The position numbers were made by a program, and so were the translations under genes. A stretch of DNA of 56,302 nucleotides. Source: Parcubacteria group bacterium Athens0714_12. GTDB taxonomy: Bacteria > Patescibacteriota > Patescibacteriia > UBA2591 > VMGY01. Below are positions 46,396 through 56,302 of this stretch, piece by piece; position 1 is the first letter of the stretch, and each line of letters starts with the position of its first letter. The stretch spans positions 1 through 56,302 of the forward strand of contig VMGY01000005.1 in NCBI GenBank assembly GCA_007378955.1. The letters run 5' to 3'. Below the pieces are notes generated by a model. That model did not search any database. It had not been told where the DNA came from and saw only the letters and a program-made list of their open reading frames with translations.

Positions 46396-48120
46396 CTATT
46401 TTTGTTTAACTGGATTCATAGACGGGAGGATATTCGAAATGTTGCTTGCGCCGAGAATAGCGGCCGCTCCTTCAAAACCGGCTGTTGAGCCTTGAACTAA
46501 AACGCTTGGAATCTTTACAATCTCGGGGTTTTTTGTTGCCGCCTCAAGAATTTCCTTGAGCATTGCCAATTGCATAACCCTGTCTTGCCCAAGAATAGCT
46601 GTCTGCGCTTTTTGTCCTTCGGCAATTTCCATTAAACGCAATTTTTCGCCTTCACCTAAAAGCTTAGCTGCGTCTTTCTGAAAATCAGCTGCCTGTTTCG
46701 CAATTTGAGCTGCGATAAGAGTTGGCTGTTGGTCGGCTTGCGCTCTTGCCTTTTCTGTCTCAATCCTCTGATCTTGAGCGTTTTTTTCTTCCTGGAATGT
46801 TTTTTTTAATTGCTGAGCGAGTTGCTCTCGTAATCTTGCGACCATAAGCTCTGGTGGATAAGCCGGTTCTCCAAAACGAATTTCTTTGATACTAATATAG
46901 GCCTTATCCCCTTCCGGTTTTACCAGCTCTTCAACCGCATTCTCCAAATCCGTTCTGTTGTAGATTAATTCAAGAGCTTTCCTATCTTGTGCTCCGCAAA
47001 CATTTCTTAGGATGCTTCTGTATGTTGGGGTAATGATATCATTTTCTACCTCTTCAATATTGCCTACAGAAGCAACAACATAAGGAGCTTTTTCGGGATC
47101 AACCTGGATAAGAATTCTGGAGTCAAGAGGAATTTCCCAGCCTTCCATTCTAACCGTTATAGCTCTATCAGCAGCACCGACAGGGACAGGAATTTGTTCT
47201 TGTCTCTCGGTCTGGGCTATACTCCCATTCTGGTCTACTTTTAAATCTATATATCTCCTTAAAAATCCCCCAGAATATTCCCATGTTTGCACTCTTGTGT
47301 CTATCGGGACAACCTTAAAGGCGTCGCTATTCAAGTAATACTGCCCGGGAGTTAGAACTTTTTCCCAAATACCCCTGCAACCTTCTGGAACAACTTGGGC
47401 TTTCAAGCCAAAAAGACTTAATACGACAACCTCCTTGCGGGTCTCCGTCTTGATTTGAACATTAGATTTGACTACTCCAACATAACCTTCTACTACAACT
47501 GTCGCGGGCATATTTTCATTAACATCAAAGAGGTATCTGTTGATTTTATACGTCCCGGGGTTCAAAACAGAAACTTGCGGCCCTTTTTGTCCCCCATGCG
47601 TAAGGAAATACTCCGCATCAAGCATCTTTTGGAATTCCTCATCTTGCCACTCGTCAGCAAAAGCCTCACCTTCACGAAGAGGCATGCCGTCTTTGGCAAT
47701 CAATTTCCCACAGAAACCTGCCAGAATTGTAATATCCTTTTTCATCTCAACTTTATTTAAAACTCTAATTAAAAAGCTGGGATGAAAACCAGGTGACAGT
47801 GTTTTAGCTTGAGACCCCTTCTCTCCTTCTAAGGCAACGATTTGGCCTGACTTCATTGGCTTCCCAAGGTAAATTCTATTGAGATGACCAAGTTCGTCTG
47901 GACCAACAATTACAAAAGATGTTGAGAGGAGCAAAAAAATTCCTACAAGTGTCAAGACAATTGAACCGACTATAAATGGTATGCCAAACATTCTACAAAA
48001 AGACACTTCTTCGCTCCGCTTACTTTCTGTTTCTCCGTTTTTTCCTTTGAGTCTCTGACTGACAACCCAAAGAACAATTGCGATCATAATAAAAATCACG
48101 CCGAAGATAAATCTAATCAT
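46396..48120 (-). CDS. SPFH/band-7 flotillin-like membrane protein (YqiK-like)
   Basis: Two N-terminal TM segments; a central SPFH-like region; C-terminal Ala/Glu/Gln-rich coiled coil (EKARAQADQQPTLIAAQIAKQAADFQKDAAKLLGEGEKLRLMEIAEGQKAQTAILGQD...); 574 aa. Confidence 0.5.
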   Translation of the reverse strand: MIRFIFGVIFIMIAIVLWVVSQRLKGKNGETESKRSEEVSFCRMFGIPFIVGSIVLTLVGIFLLLSTSFVIVGPDELGHLNRIYLGKPMKSGQIVALEGEKGSQAKTLSPGFHPSFLIRVLNKVEMKKDITILAGFCGKLIAKDGMPLREGEAFADEWQDEEFQKMLDAEYFLTHGGQKGPQVSVLNPGTYKINRYLFDVNENMPATVVVEGYVGVVKSNVQIKTETRKEVVVLSLFGLKAQVVPEGCRGIWEKVLTPGQYYLNSDAFKVVPIDTRVQTWEYSGGFLRRYIDLKVDQNGSIAQTERQEQIPVPVGAADRAITVRMEGWEIPLDSRILIQVDPEKAPYVVASVGNIEEVENDIITPTYRSILRNVCGAQDRKALELIYNRTDLENAVEELVKPEGDKAYISIKEIRFGEPAYPPELMVARLREQLAQQLKKTFQEEKNAQDQRIETEKARAQADQQPTLIAAQIAKQAADFQKDAAKLLGEGEKLRLMEIAEGQKAQTAILGQDRVMQLAMLKEILEAATKNPEIVKIPSVLVQGSTAGFEGAAAILGASNISNILPSMNPVKQK

Positions 48121-48490
48121 AAAACACCCCCCTTTTTTCTTCCTTTACCTTTTTAAACAATCTTTCCGCTTCTCTTTGTTCGCTTATTATTTACTAAGGC
48201 ATGGTATATCCATTTCCTCCCTTCCTTTTTGATTTGAATTTATTGTTAAAGTGCAAAATTACACCATTTCAAACAAGATTATTATTTCTGAATTTTGTAA
48301 AAAGTATAGCAAATAACAACATAAATGTCAATAGTTCAAGTTCAATAAACCAATGCAACAGCGGAAAATAATATACTATTGCTATGCTATGAATAACCCC
48401 TTTTTTAAAGGTGCCAGACACCTCAAAGAGGAGGATGGAAACCCTTAACGCTGTAAGAGCCGTGTTAGCTAAAGAGATAGAGGATTACAA

Positions 48491-48793
48491 ATGGAGCAGT
48501 CATTCCATTTATTGTCAAAAAATTATGATAGAGATTTAATAGACCGTGAAAGATTTTTGAAATTTGTAGGAGAGAATTTAGAAAAAACAAGAATTGATTA
48601 TTTAAAATTTGTGGAAGAAGGATTAAAAAAAGAGGAAACGCCTTCTTTCCCTCTTAATAATAAAATGTTTTGGATTAACTTTTTTATTGGATTAATTCTA
48701 GTCAAAATCGTGGTAAATTTTAAAAATCGTCGTTTTTACCTTTATGCACAAGGATTATTAGTCACTTCTTTTTGGTGCCTGGCACCGGTTTAA
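48491..48793 (+). CDS. Hypothetical protein with one TM segment
   Basis: ORF ending at a ggtgcctggcacc palindrome. Confidence 0.3.
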   Translation: MEQSFHLLSKNYDRDLIDRERFLKFVGENLEKTRIDYLKFVEEGLKKEETPSFPLNNKMFWINFFIGLILVKIVVNFKNRRFYLYAQGLLVTSFWCLAPV

Positions 48794-48930
48794 ATAACGG
48801 CTTGAAAATTGTTGATAAAAACGCCTTGCTGATAAACGGCTTGGAAATAAAAAAATGTTTAAGCTATTATTTTAACGAAAATATAATAAATGAGATTTAT
48901 AGTGGTTGCATTTTAAATCCACCTTTTGTC

Positions 48931-49014
48931 ATTTTAAGCCAGTAGGCGAAGAATCCCGTAGGGAATCAGTAAAAAAAGTGGGATTCTTCGGACTATCGTC
49001 CTCAGAATGACACC
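48931..49014. repeat. Degenerate MITE-like element, family 1, copy E
   Basis: gtcatt...gcgaagaatcccgtagggaat...gggattcttcg...cctcagaatgac. Confidence 0.5.
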
Positions 49015-49081
49015 ATTGATATTTGGCTGGATTTAAAATGCGAAATGACATATTATAGGCATTTCGTAATTCACGGTAATT

Positions 49082-49861
49082 TTAAATTTTTAGTTTAAAA
49101 AGATTAATCGCGTTTTTTTCCGTCTGCTCTTCTGTTTCAACAAAAGATAAATTTTTTATTTGCGCGATTTTCTCTATCACGAATTTGACATGCCATGACT
49201 CGCAACGTTCGCCGCGATAAAGCGCCGGCGCGAGATAAGGGCAATCAGTTTCCGTTAAAATTTTATCCGAAGGAAGTTCTTTTATTATTTCATCAAAGCC
49301 CTTGGCAAAGGTTATAACGCCCGTAAAACCGATATAAAATCCAAGTTCTAAAAAATTTTTGGCGATTTCCAAATCAGCGGAAAAACAATGAATTACCCCT
49401 TTTATTTCTTTTTCTTTTTTTAATATTTCCAACATTTTATAATAAGGTTTATATGGTTCTTGTTTGTTCCCTCGGCAATGCAGAATCAAGGGCAAATCCA
49501 ATTCCCGCGCCAATTTTATATGACTTAAAAAAACCTCTTTCTGTAAAACGATTAACTTCGGGTCGCTAACATGAAAATAATCCAGTCCGGTTTCGCCAAT
49601 GGCGACCGCTTTTTTATTGCCTGCCATTTTTTTATAAATTTCAAAATCAAAAACTTCTCTGCCTGTGTCAACCGGATGCAAACCAATCGCGGCGTATAAA
49701 TTTTCAAATTCATCAGCCAATTCAATCGCTCTTTTACTGGTTTCTAAATCAGAGCCGACATTAATTATCGCCTTGATGCCATTACTAAAACTGCGCCCTA
49801 TCACCTGAGCGCAATCTTTTTTAAAAGCGTTAAAATTCAAATGCGAATGAGTATCAATCAT
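49082..49861 (-). CDS. tatD: TatD-family metal-dependent deoxyribonuclease
   Basis: MIDTHSHLNF...GETGLDY...HCR... Confidence 0.85.
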   Translation of the reverse strand: MIDTHSHLNFNAFKKDCAQVIGRSFSNGIKAIINVGSDLETSKRAIELADEFENLYAAIGLHPVDTGREVFDFEIYKKMAGNKKAVAIGETGLDYFHVSDPKLIVLQKEVFLSHIKLARELDLPLILHCRGNKQEPYKPYYKMLEILKKEKEIKGVIHCFSADLEIAKNFLELGFYIGFTGVITFAKGFDEIIKELPSDKILTETDCPYLAPALYRGERCESWHVKFVIEKIAQIKNLSFVETEEQTEKNAINLFKLKI

Positions 49862-49865
49862 TGAA

Positions 49866-50411
49866 TTACCATGAAAAATTAAATTTAAATTTCAAAATTG
49901 TTTCCATTTGTTTTAAAACTTCGGGCAAAAGAGGCATCAAAACTTTGGCAAATTGGAGAAAATAAGGGACAATTTGCGATTGCGTGATTAAATCATTTAA
50001 GGGATTTAAGGGAGAAAAAAATGGATATTTGCCGTAAAAATAAAAAATCAAGCCCAAAACTATCATTCCCTCTATAAATCCTAAAAGCGCGCCCAATAAG
50101 CGGTTAATGCTTTTTAAGAAAGGAACGATTGAAATAAATTTAAATGTTTTATCCAATAAATAAAAAATAAAACTGATTAATTTGGAAACGATAATAAAAA
50201 TGACTAAAAAACAGAGAACTTTTGACAAATTGATATTGCCAAAAAAAACCGGCAAAGCTATTTCAGCCAATTCCGCGTAATATAATCCGCCCACCCAAGT
50301 GCCGATTATTATCCCCAAAACTGAACCAATGGTATAAATTAAGCCATAAAAAAATCCAAACCAAATAAAAGCGAATAAAATGAAGAGTAAAATGAGGTCA
50401 AAGACAATCAT
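49866..50411 (-). CDS. CvpA-family membrane protein
   Basis: Small polytopic membrane protein with the MIVFDLILLFILFAFIWFGFFYG N-terminus typical of the CvpA family. Confidence 0.4.
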   Translation of the reverse strand: MIVFDLILLFILFAFIWFGFFYGLIYTIGSVLGIIIGTWVGGLYYAELAEIALPVFFGNINLSKVLCFLVIFIIVSKLISFIFYLLDKTFKFISIVPFLKSINRLLGALLGFIEGMIVLGLIFYFYGKYPFFSPLNPLNDLITQSQIVPYFLQFAKVLMPLLPEVLKQMETILKFKFNFSW

Positions 50412-50430
50412 AAATTTTTATTTTATTAAA

Positions 50431-51894
50431 TTAAGAAATACGGGGAAATAATGGCGAAATTGATTTGATTTTGCGCCCTTCAAAAACTTCTTTAATTGAT
50501 TTTGCCGTTTCAGGCATAAAAGGCGTTAAAAACCAGGCAATGTCCAACAAATAATTTCTTAAATTGCTTAAAACTTTTTCCAATTTTTTCGGATTTTCTT
50601 TAACTAACAGCCATGGCTTATTTTCATTAATATAAATATCAGCCGAAGCGATTAATTGCCAAATTTCTTTTAACGCTTCGTCAAATTTTAATTCATCAAT
50701 TTTCTTTCCAATTTTGGAAATATTTTTTAAAGGTTTTTTTGATTCTTTTTTTGCTTTCGCGCTCTTTTTTAATTCTATATCCAACCAAGGCATTTGTCCA
50801 GAAAAATATTTATCAATCATTCCTATCGTCCTTTGGACTAAATTGCCCAAACCATTGGCCAAATCAGCGTTGTAGCGCGCTTCAAATTTTTCATAAGTAA
50901 AGTCGCCGTCTTCCACGGATGAAAATTCGCGCAAAAGAAAATATCTCACGGCGTCCACGCCATATTTTTTAACTAACTCGCGAGGGTCAATAACATTTCC
51001 CAAGCTCTTTGACATTTTCTGACCGCCGGCAGTTATAAATCCATGCGCGAATATTTTTTTTGGCAATGGCAGTTCCAATGACAATAAAAGGCTCACCCAA
51101 ATTACGGCGTGATGCCAAAGGATGTCCTTTCCGATTATATGGATATCCGCCGGCCAAAATTTTTTAAACTCTTTATGAGGATAATTAATCGTGCTTAAAT
51201 AATTTGTCAAAGCATCAACCCAAACGAAAAATGTAAACTTTTTATCTATCGGCAAAGGAATCCCCCATTCTACGGCTTCCCTGGAAATGCTCAAATCCTG
51301 CAATGGTTCTTTTAATCTGTTTAAAATTTCGTTTCTTCTGCCCTTTGGAACAATAAAATTTTCATTATTTTTTATATGCTTTAAAAGCTGTTTTTGATAT
51401 TTGCCCATTTTAAAAAAATACGTGTCTTCTTCCAGCGCTTTCACCGGCTGATGATGCACGGGACACAAATCGCCTTTCAAATCTTTTGCTAAATAGTAAG
51501 TTTCGCAATCCACGCAATATAATCCTTTGTATTTGCCTTTATAAATATCGCTCTTTTCGTATATTTTTTTAAAAACATTAATCACGGTTTTTTCATGCCT
51601 TTTTTCCGTTGTTCTGATAAAATCATCGTTTGAAATATTAAATATTTTCCATAAATCTTTAAAATACTTGCTCATTTCATCAACAAATTCTTGCGGGAGT
51701 TTTCCTTTTTCTTGGGCGCGTTTTTGTATTTTTAATCCATGCTCATCCGTCCCAATGCTAAAATGAACCTCAAATCTTTGAATCCTTTTATGTCTGGCCA
51801 AAACATCCGCTTGTATTTTTTCCAAAGCATGCCCTAAGTGCGGTTTTTCCGAAGGATAGTCAATGGCCGTGGAAATAAAAAAAGTTTTTTTCAT
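50431..51894 (-). CDS. metG: Methionine--tRNA ligase (short form)
   Basis: Class I HIGH-type motif PHLGHA; Zn knuckle CVDCETYY...CPVHH; KMSKS. Confidence 0.9.
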   Translation of the reverse strand: MKKTFFISTAIDYPSEKPHLGHALEKIQADVLARHKRIQRFEVHFSIGTDEHGLKIQKRAQEKGKLPQEFVDEMSKYFKDLWKIFNISNDDFIRTTEKRHEKTVINVFKKIYEKSDIYKGKYKGLYCVDCETYYLAKDLKGDLCPVHHQPVKALEEDTYFFKMGKYQKQLLKHIKNNENFIVPKGRRNEILNRLKEPLQDLSISREAVEWGIPLPIDKKFTFFVWVDALTNYLSTINYPHKEFKKFWPADIHIIGKDILWHHAVIWVSLLLSLELPLPKKIFAHGFITAGGQKMSKSLGNVIDPRELVKKYGVDAVRYFLLREFSSVEDGDFTYEKFEARYNADLANGLGNLVQRTIGMIDKYFSGQMPWLDIELKKSAKAKKESKKPLKNISKIGKKIDELKFDEALKEIWQLIASADIYINENKPWLLVKENPKKLEKVLSNLRNYLLDIAWFLTPFMPETAKSIKEVFEGRKIKSISPLFPRIS

Positions 51895-51923
51895 ATTTTT
51901 AGAAATAGTTTTATAACTATCTC

Positions 51924-52607
51924 TTAATCAATCTTATCTATAATCACCGCGAATTCCCCTTTTATTTTTTCGCCGGCGGACGGATTTTTTAATTTTTCTA
52001 TTATCTCCGAAACATTTCCCCGATAAATTGTTTCAAACTTTTTACTCAATTCGCGGCAAACCGCCAGCCGCCTTTCCGGCGACAACAAAATTTTTAATTC
52101 TTCCAAAGTTTTTAAAACGCGGTATGGGGATTCGTAAAAAATCACCGCGTATCTTGATTCAGAAATTTCTTTTAAAATTTTTTGCCGATGTTTTTTGCGC
52201 GGCAAAAACCCTAAAAATAAAAAACGCTCCATGGAAAAACCTGAAATTGAAGCGGCGGCAATTAAAGCTGCTGGCCCGGGAATGGGAATAATTTTTAAAT
52301 TTTCTATTTGATTAAGCGCTAAATCAATTAATTTTGAACCCGGGTCGGAAACGCAAGGAGTGCCCGCGTCGCTTACTAAAGCTAAACTCTTGTCTTGATT
52401 TAAAAGTTCGGCAATATAATTTATTCTGTTTAATTTTGAATGATGATGATAACTTAGGCAAGGAGTTTTAATCTGATAATGCTCCAGTAATTTTTTAGTT
52501 TGCCGCGTATCCTCGCAAAGAATTAAATCCGCTTCTTTCAAAACCTTCAACGCCCGCAAGGTAATATCTTTTAAATTCCCTATCGGCGTCGCCACGATGT
52601 ATAACAT
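51924..52607 (-). CDS. rsmI: 16S rRNA (cytidine1402-2'-O)-methyltransferase RsmI
   Basis: MLYIVATPIGNLKDITLRALKVLKEADLILCEDTR. Confidence 0.85.
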   Translation of the reverse strand: MLYIVATPIGNLKDITLRALKVLKEADLILCEDTRQTKKLLEHYQIKTPCLSYHHHSKLNRINYIAELLNQDKSLALVSDAGTPCVSDPGSKLIDLALNQIENLKIIPIPGPAALIAAASISGFSMERFLFLGFLPRKKHRQKILKEISESRYAVIFYESPYRVLKTLEELKILLSPERRLAVCRELSKKFETIYRGNVSEIIEKLKNPSAGEKIKGEFAVIIDKID

Positions 52608-52623
52608 AATTACTCTTCTATTT

Positions 52624-53643
52624 TTAATTTATTTTTTTAAATTCTATGTAATCTTTCACGATAACGCTTAAGATGCCCGCGACTGGGACCGCAATCAGCA
52701 TTCCCAAAATGCCACTAATTCTCCCCCCTACCCATAAACTGCAAATAATAATTATAGGATTTAAGCCAACCGCTTTGCTCATTACCCGCGGAACAATAAT
52801 AACATTTTCTAATTGCTGGACAAGCAGATAAAAAACCGCCACCACCAAAGCCTTAATCGGCGCTTGAAAAAAGGCAATCAAAACCGCGGGAACAGCGCCA
52901 ATCCAAGGCCCCAAATAAGGAATAATTTCCGTTAATCCGGCAAATAAACCCAAAACTAAGGCATATCTTACCCCTATAACCAACAAGCCTAAATAAGAAA
53001 CCAAACCGATAATAAATGAGAGCGTTAATTGTCCTTTAAACCATAGGCCGATTTTTTCTTGCGCTTTTTTAAGATAAGGGATGAAATAATTTTGATATTT
53101 TAACGGCGTAAGCGAATAAAAAAGATTTCTGATGCTTTTTTTATCCAAAACTAAATAAAAAGTAATAATTAAAATGAAAATAAAAGTTCCAAAACCGCCG
53201 AACAAATTAATAATATTAGAAAACACTCCAGCATTTTTTCCTATAAAAATATTATTCAAAGAATCCAAAAAACCTTGCAAATCTCCCTTCAGTTCCATTC
53301 CTTGGTTTGGCAAAGGTTCTGAAGCCTGCTGAAAATAAGGGGAAAAATTTTGAATTATTTCTTTAAACTGGTTGATAATTTCCGGCAAAAAACTGCTTAT
53401 GATCAAGGCTAAAATCAAAAAAAGAACGAGATATATCAAAACTAAAGAAAGCGCGCGCGAAACTCCTTTTTCTTCCCATTTGTTGACGATCGGACTCAAA
53501 GCGGCGGCAAAAACAAAAGAAACAAACAATATAATAATGAGGTCCTTTATTAAAAATAAAAAAAATAAAGCCAATAAAACAGCGACTACTTTAATTACTC
53601 CTATCGTAGTAATTTGAAAGTTAATTTCTTTTTGGATAGGCAT
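52624..53643 (-). CDS. AI-2E family transporter (PerM/YhhT, UPF0118)
   Basis: Eight-TM protein; the ...LIYLVLFLILALIISSFLPEIINQ... architecture is typical of AI-2E. Confidence 0.65.
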   Translation of the reverse strand: MPIQKEINFQITTIGVIKVVAVLLALFFLFLIKDLIIILFVSFVFAAALSPIVNKWEEKGVSRALSLVLIYLVLFLILALIISSFLPEIINQFKEIIQNFSPYFQQASEPLPNQGMELKGDLQGFLDSLNNIFIGKNAGVFSNIINLFGGFGTFIFILIITFYLVLDKKSIRNLFYSLTPLKYQNYFIPYLKKAQEKIGLWFKGQLTLSFIIGLVSYLGLLVIGVRYALVLGLFAGLTEIIPYLGPWIGAVPAVLIAFFQAPIKALVVAVFYLLVQQLENVIIVPRVMSKAVGLNPIIIICSLWVGGRISGILGMLIAVPVAGILSVIVKDYIEFKKIN

Positions 53644-53657
53644 AATTTAATTATACC

Positions 53658-54923
53658 TTATATTTTTAGAAGCTTCAAGAACGGCTTTTCATCTTTAAAC
53701 GGTCCGATTAAAGCTAAGTTCATTTTATTCTGGATAAAAAGTTTTTGGCTTAATTTTTGAATCTGTTCCGCCGTCACTTTCTCTATTTCTTTTATTTTTT
53801 CCTCCGGCGTTTTAATTTTTTTTTCAAAAAGCGCCTGTGTTCCAAACCACGATGACACCTCTTCAGTATCATCCATATCTAATAATAAATTCCCTTTTAA
53901 ATATTCTTTAGCTTTTTTTAATTCTTTTAAGCTCACTTTTTTTTCTTTCAGTTCTTTAAATTCTTTTATAATTAATTTTATCGCTTCTTCTATTTTTTCC
54001 GAATTTAATCCGGCATGGACATAAAAACAACCGATATCCATAAAATTATGTTCGTAAGCCCTGACATAATAAGCTAAACCCTTTTTCACCCTGATGTCTA
54101 TAAACAGACGCGAACTCATTCCTCCACTTAAAATCATATTAATCATATCAAGAACCGGTTTTTGTGGATCATATTTGGACAGAGCCTTAAAACCCAAAAT
54201 CAAATGACTCTGATTGGTATCTTTAAAATTTATTAAAACAGCCGGTTTATTTTGCTCGTCAATCACGCTTTGGTATTTTCTCGTCTCCCTTTTTTCAATT
54301 TTATCAAATCGTTTTTTTATTTCTTCCACTATTTTTGAATGCTTGATGTCGCCGGCGACGCTGATGGCTATATTTTGCGGCTGATACAAAGACTTTAAAT
54401 AAACCATAAAATCTTCTCTTTTCATCGCTGAAACACTTTTTTTTGTTCCTATAATATTTTGTCCTAAAGGCGTATTTTGAAAGATTAATTCATAAAAAAG
54501 GTCCACCACATGGCGCATCGGCGTATCTTTTCCCATATTTATCTCTTCCATAATCACGCCTTTTTCTTTTTCTATTTCCTTTTCTTTAAACAAAGAATTT
54601 AAAAATGTGTCTGAGACGACATCTATTCCCAAAGAAAAATATTTTTTAGGCACTTTATTCCAAAAGCAAGTATGGTCATGGGCGGTAAAAGCGTTCATAA
54701 TGCCGCCCACGCCGTCAATAATTTTAGAAATTTCCAAAGTTGAAGGGCGTTTTTTCGTACCCTTAAAAAACATATGCTCGGCAAAATGGGAAATGCCGCT
54801 TTCTTTTTTTGTTTCATACCTTGAGCCGGCGCCGACAAAAATATTCGTGGAAACGCCTGAAGTATGGGGCATTTCAGAAGTGATGATTTTTAAACCGTTT
54901 TTTAGAGTGGTGAGTTTGTGCAT
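53658..54923 (-). CDS. M16-family (insulinase-like) zinc peptidase
   Basis: Inverted zinc motif HFAEHMFFKGT (HxxEH). The start is probably MHKLTTLKNGL; the track ORF extends to 54992. Confidence 0.8.
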   Translation of the reverse strand: MHKLTTLKNGLKIITSEMPHTSGVSTNIFVGAGSRYETKKESGISHFAEHMFFKGTKKRPSTLEISKIIDGVGGIMNAFTAHDHTCFWNKVPKKYFSLGIDVVSDTFLNSLFKEKEIEKEKGVIMEEINMGKDTPMRHVVDLFYELIFQNTPLGQNIIGTKKSVSAMKREDFMVYLKSLYQPQNIAISVAGDIKHSKIVEEIKKRFDKIEKRETRKYQSVIDEQNKPAVLINFKDTNQSHLILGFKALSKYDPQKPVLDMINMILSGGMSSRLFIDIRVKKGLAYYVRAYEHNFMDIGCFYVHAGLNSEKIEEAIKLIIKEFKELKEKKVSLKELKKAKEYLKGNLLLDMDDTEEVSSWFGTQALFEKKIKTPEEKIKEIEKVTAEQIQKLSQKLFIQNKMNLALIGPFKDEKPFLKLLKI

Positions 54924-55039
54924 AAATGATGAAATTGTTAATTGCTGATTGTTAATTGTTAATTGCCCACATTTTTCATTTCTATCCAACAATTAATAAT
55001 TGACAATTAACAATTCATTTTAAATATTAAAATTTGGTA

Positions 55040-56302
55040 TTAAAAATTTTTAAATTTATCTTTCAAATAATCCTTTATCTCTTCCATCTTTATCCTCTCT
55101 TGCTTCATCGTGTCCCTGTCTCTGACAGTCACGGCTTTATCTTCCAAACTGTCAAAATCAACTGTCAAACAATAAGGCGTGCCGATTTCATCCTGCCTTC
55201 GGTAGCGGCGGCCGATACTTCCCTGTTCATCGTACTGGCACATAAAATACGGCTGCAAAGAATGGAAAATATTTTTAGCGATTTTAGTTAATTTATCTTT
55301 TTTAGCTAATGGCAGAATCGCTATTTTAATCGGCGCTAAATCTTTATGCAACCTTAAAACAATTTCCGTTTCTTTGTTTGACTCCGTAGTGGTTGTTCTC
55401 CCGCCCTTTACTTCATCATAAGCATCAGCCAAAAAAGCTAAAACCGAACGATCAACGCCCGCCGAAGGCTCAATCACATAAGGGATATATTTTTCTTTGG
55501 TTTCCTCGTCAAAATAATTCAAATCTTTTCCGGAAAATTGGCTGTGCTGTTTTAAATCATAATCCTGCCGATTGGCAATTCCTTCCAACTCGCTCCAGCC
55601 AATGGGAAAATTATATTCTATATCAGAGCAAGAAGCGGCATAATGGGCTAATTCATTCTGCTGGTGCTCTCTTAATCTTAAATTTTTTTTCTTAATGCCT
55701 AATTTTTTATACCAATTCAATCTTTCTTTCTGCCAAAAGTTATAAGCTTTTCCCGCTTCTTTCGGCCTGACAAAATATTCCATTTCCATCTGTTCAAATT
55801 CCCTTGTCCTGAAAGTAAAATTGCCCGGCGTGATTTCATTTCTGAACGCTTTGCCGATTTGGGCAATGCCAAAAGGAATTTTTTTTCTCATTGTTGAACG
55901 GACATTTTCATAATTGACAAAAATTCCCTGGGCGGTTTCAGGCCGCAAATAAATTGTCGCGCTTGTCTCTTCCACTGGCCCCATAAAAGTTTTAAACATT
56001 AAATTAAACTGGCGCGGCGGCGTAAGCTCGCTTTCGCATTCCGGACATTTTATTTTTTTTATCGCCTTATCCAAATCTTTCAATTCTTCTTCCGTGAAAA
56101 AGCCGTGTTCGTTTAATTTAGTTGAATCTTTTAATTTTTCTATCAAATGGTCGGCCCTGTATCTTTTATGACAATTTTTGCATTCCACCAAGGGGTCGGA
56201 AAAATTAGACAAGTGACCTGAAGCCTGCCAAACTTCCGGCCGCATTAGAATAGCCGCGTCAAGGCCGACGACATCGTCTCTTTTCTGGACCATCTCTTGC
56301 CA
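55040..56302 (-). CDS. glyQS: Glycine--tRNA ligase (class II, alpha2 type); the 5' end lies outside the window
   Basis: ...AILMRPEVWQASGHLSNFSDPLVECKNCHKRYRAD...RPETAQGIFVNYENV.... The frame stays open to the window edge. Confidence 0.85.
   Translation of the reverse strand, partial: WQEMVQKRDDVVGLDAAILMRPEVWQASGHLSNFSDPLVECKNCHKRYRADHLIEKLKDSTKLNEHGFFTEEELKDLDKAIKKIKCPECESELTPPRQFNLMFKTFMGPVEETSATIYLRPETAQGIFVNYENVRSTMRKKIPFGIAQIGKAFRNEITPGNFTFRTREFEQMEMEYFVRPKEAGKAYNFWQKERLNWYKKLGIKKKNLRLREHQQNELAHYAASCSDIEYNFPIGWSELEGIANRQDYDLKQHSQFSGKDLNYFDEETKEKYIPYVIEPSAGVDRSVLAFLADAYDEVKGGRTTTTESNKETEIVLRLHKDLAPIKIAILPLAKKDKLTKIAKNIFHSLQPYFMCQYDEQGSIGRRYRRQDEIGTPYCLTVDFDSLEDKAVTVRDRDTMKQERIKMEEIKDYLKDKFKNF

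Overview
The window is low-GC and gene-dense, and its gene content looks like a Candidate Phyla Radiation (Parcubacteria-like) bacterium. Most of it is core informational machinery on the minus strand. The ribosomal-protein super-operon is nearly complete, in order nusG-secE / L11-L1 / S12-S7-fusA-tuf / S10-L3-L4-L23-L2-S19-L22-S3-L16-L29-S17-L14-L24-L5-S14-S8-L6-L18-S5-L15-secY-adk-map. Other core genes are dnaB (5' end cut by the window), recR, gyrB, pheST, metG, a partial glyRS, ruvB, ruvX, tatD and rsmI.

An accessory island sits at about 1.5-10.5 kb:
(i) A REPtron: an IS200-like Y1/HUH transposase gene (RAYT) flanked by inverted REP palindromes, with further REP copies elsewhere.
(ii) A large secreted repeat protein.
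(iii) An AbiEii-family nucleotidyltransferase toxin with a small upstream partner.
(iv) A diversity-generating retroelement (DGR). It has a template repeat (TR, 7290-7436) and a variable repeat (VR, 8067-8213). TR and VR differ almost only at TR adenines, mostly AAC codons. There is an Avd-like four-helix-bundle gene and a target protein whose C-terminus is a DUF1566/C-type-lectin-like fold. The reverse transcriptase is a decayed remnant: it has lost its start, has lost the catalytic core by deletion, is frameshifted and carries a MITE insertion. The whole cassette is bracketed by inverted 25-nt (GA)n/(CT)n repeats.
(v) A HepT/MNT toxin-antitoxin pair.

Other notable features:
- At least three families of small palindromic or MITE-like repeats are scattered through the window, including the conserved r-protein operon; two copies lie in-frame inside ORFs.
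- gyrB carries a 434-aa intein with no recognisable homing endonuclease.
- pheT carries an inserted NlpC/P60-like domain.
- L24 has a C-terminal 4-Cys extension.
- ruvB, tRNA-Ala and a small zinc-ribbon gene replace L10-L7/L12-rpoBC between L1 and S12.
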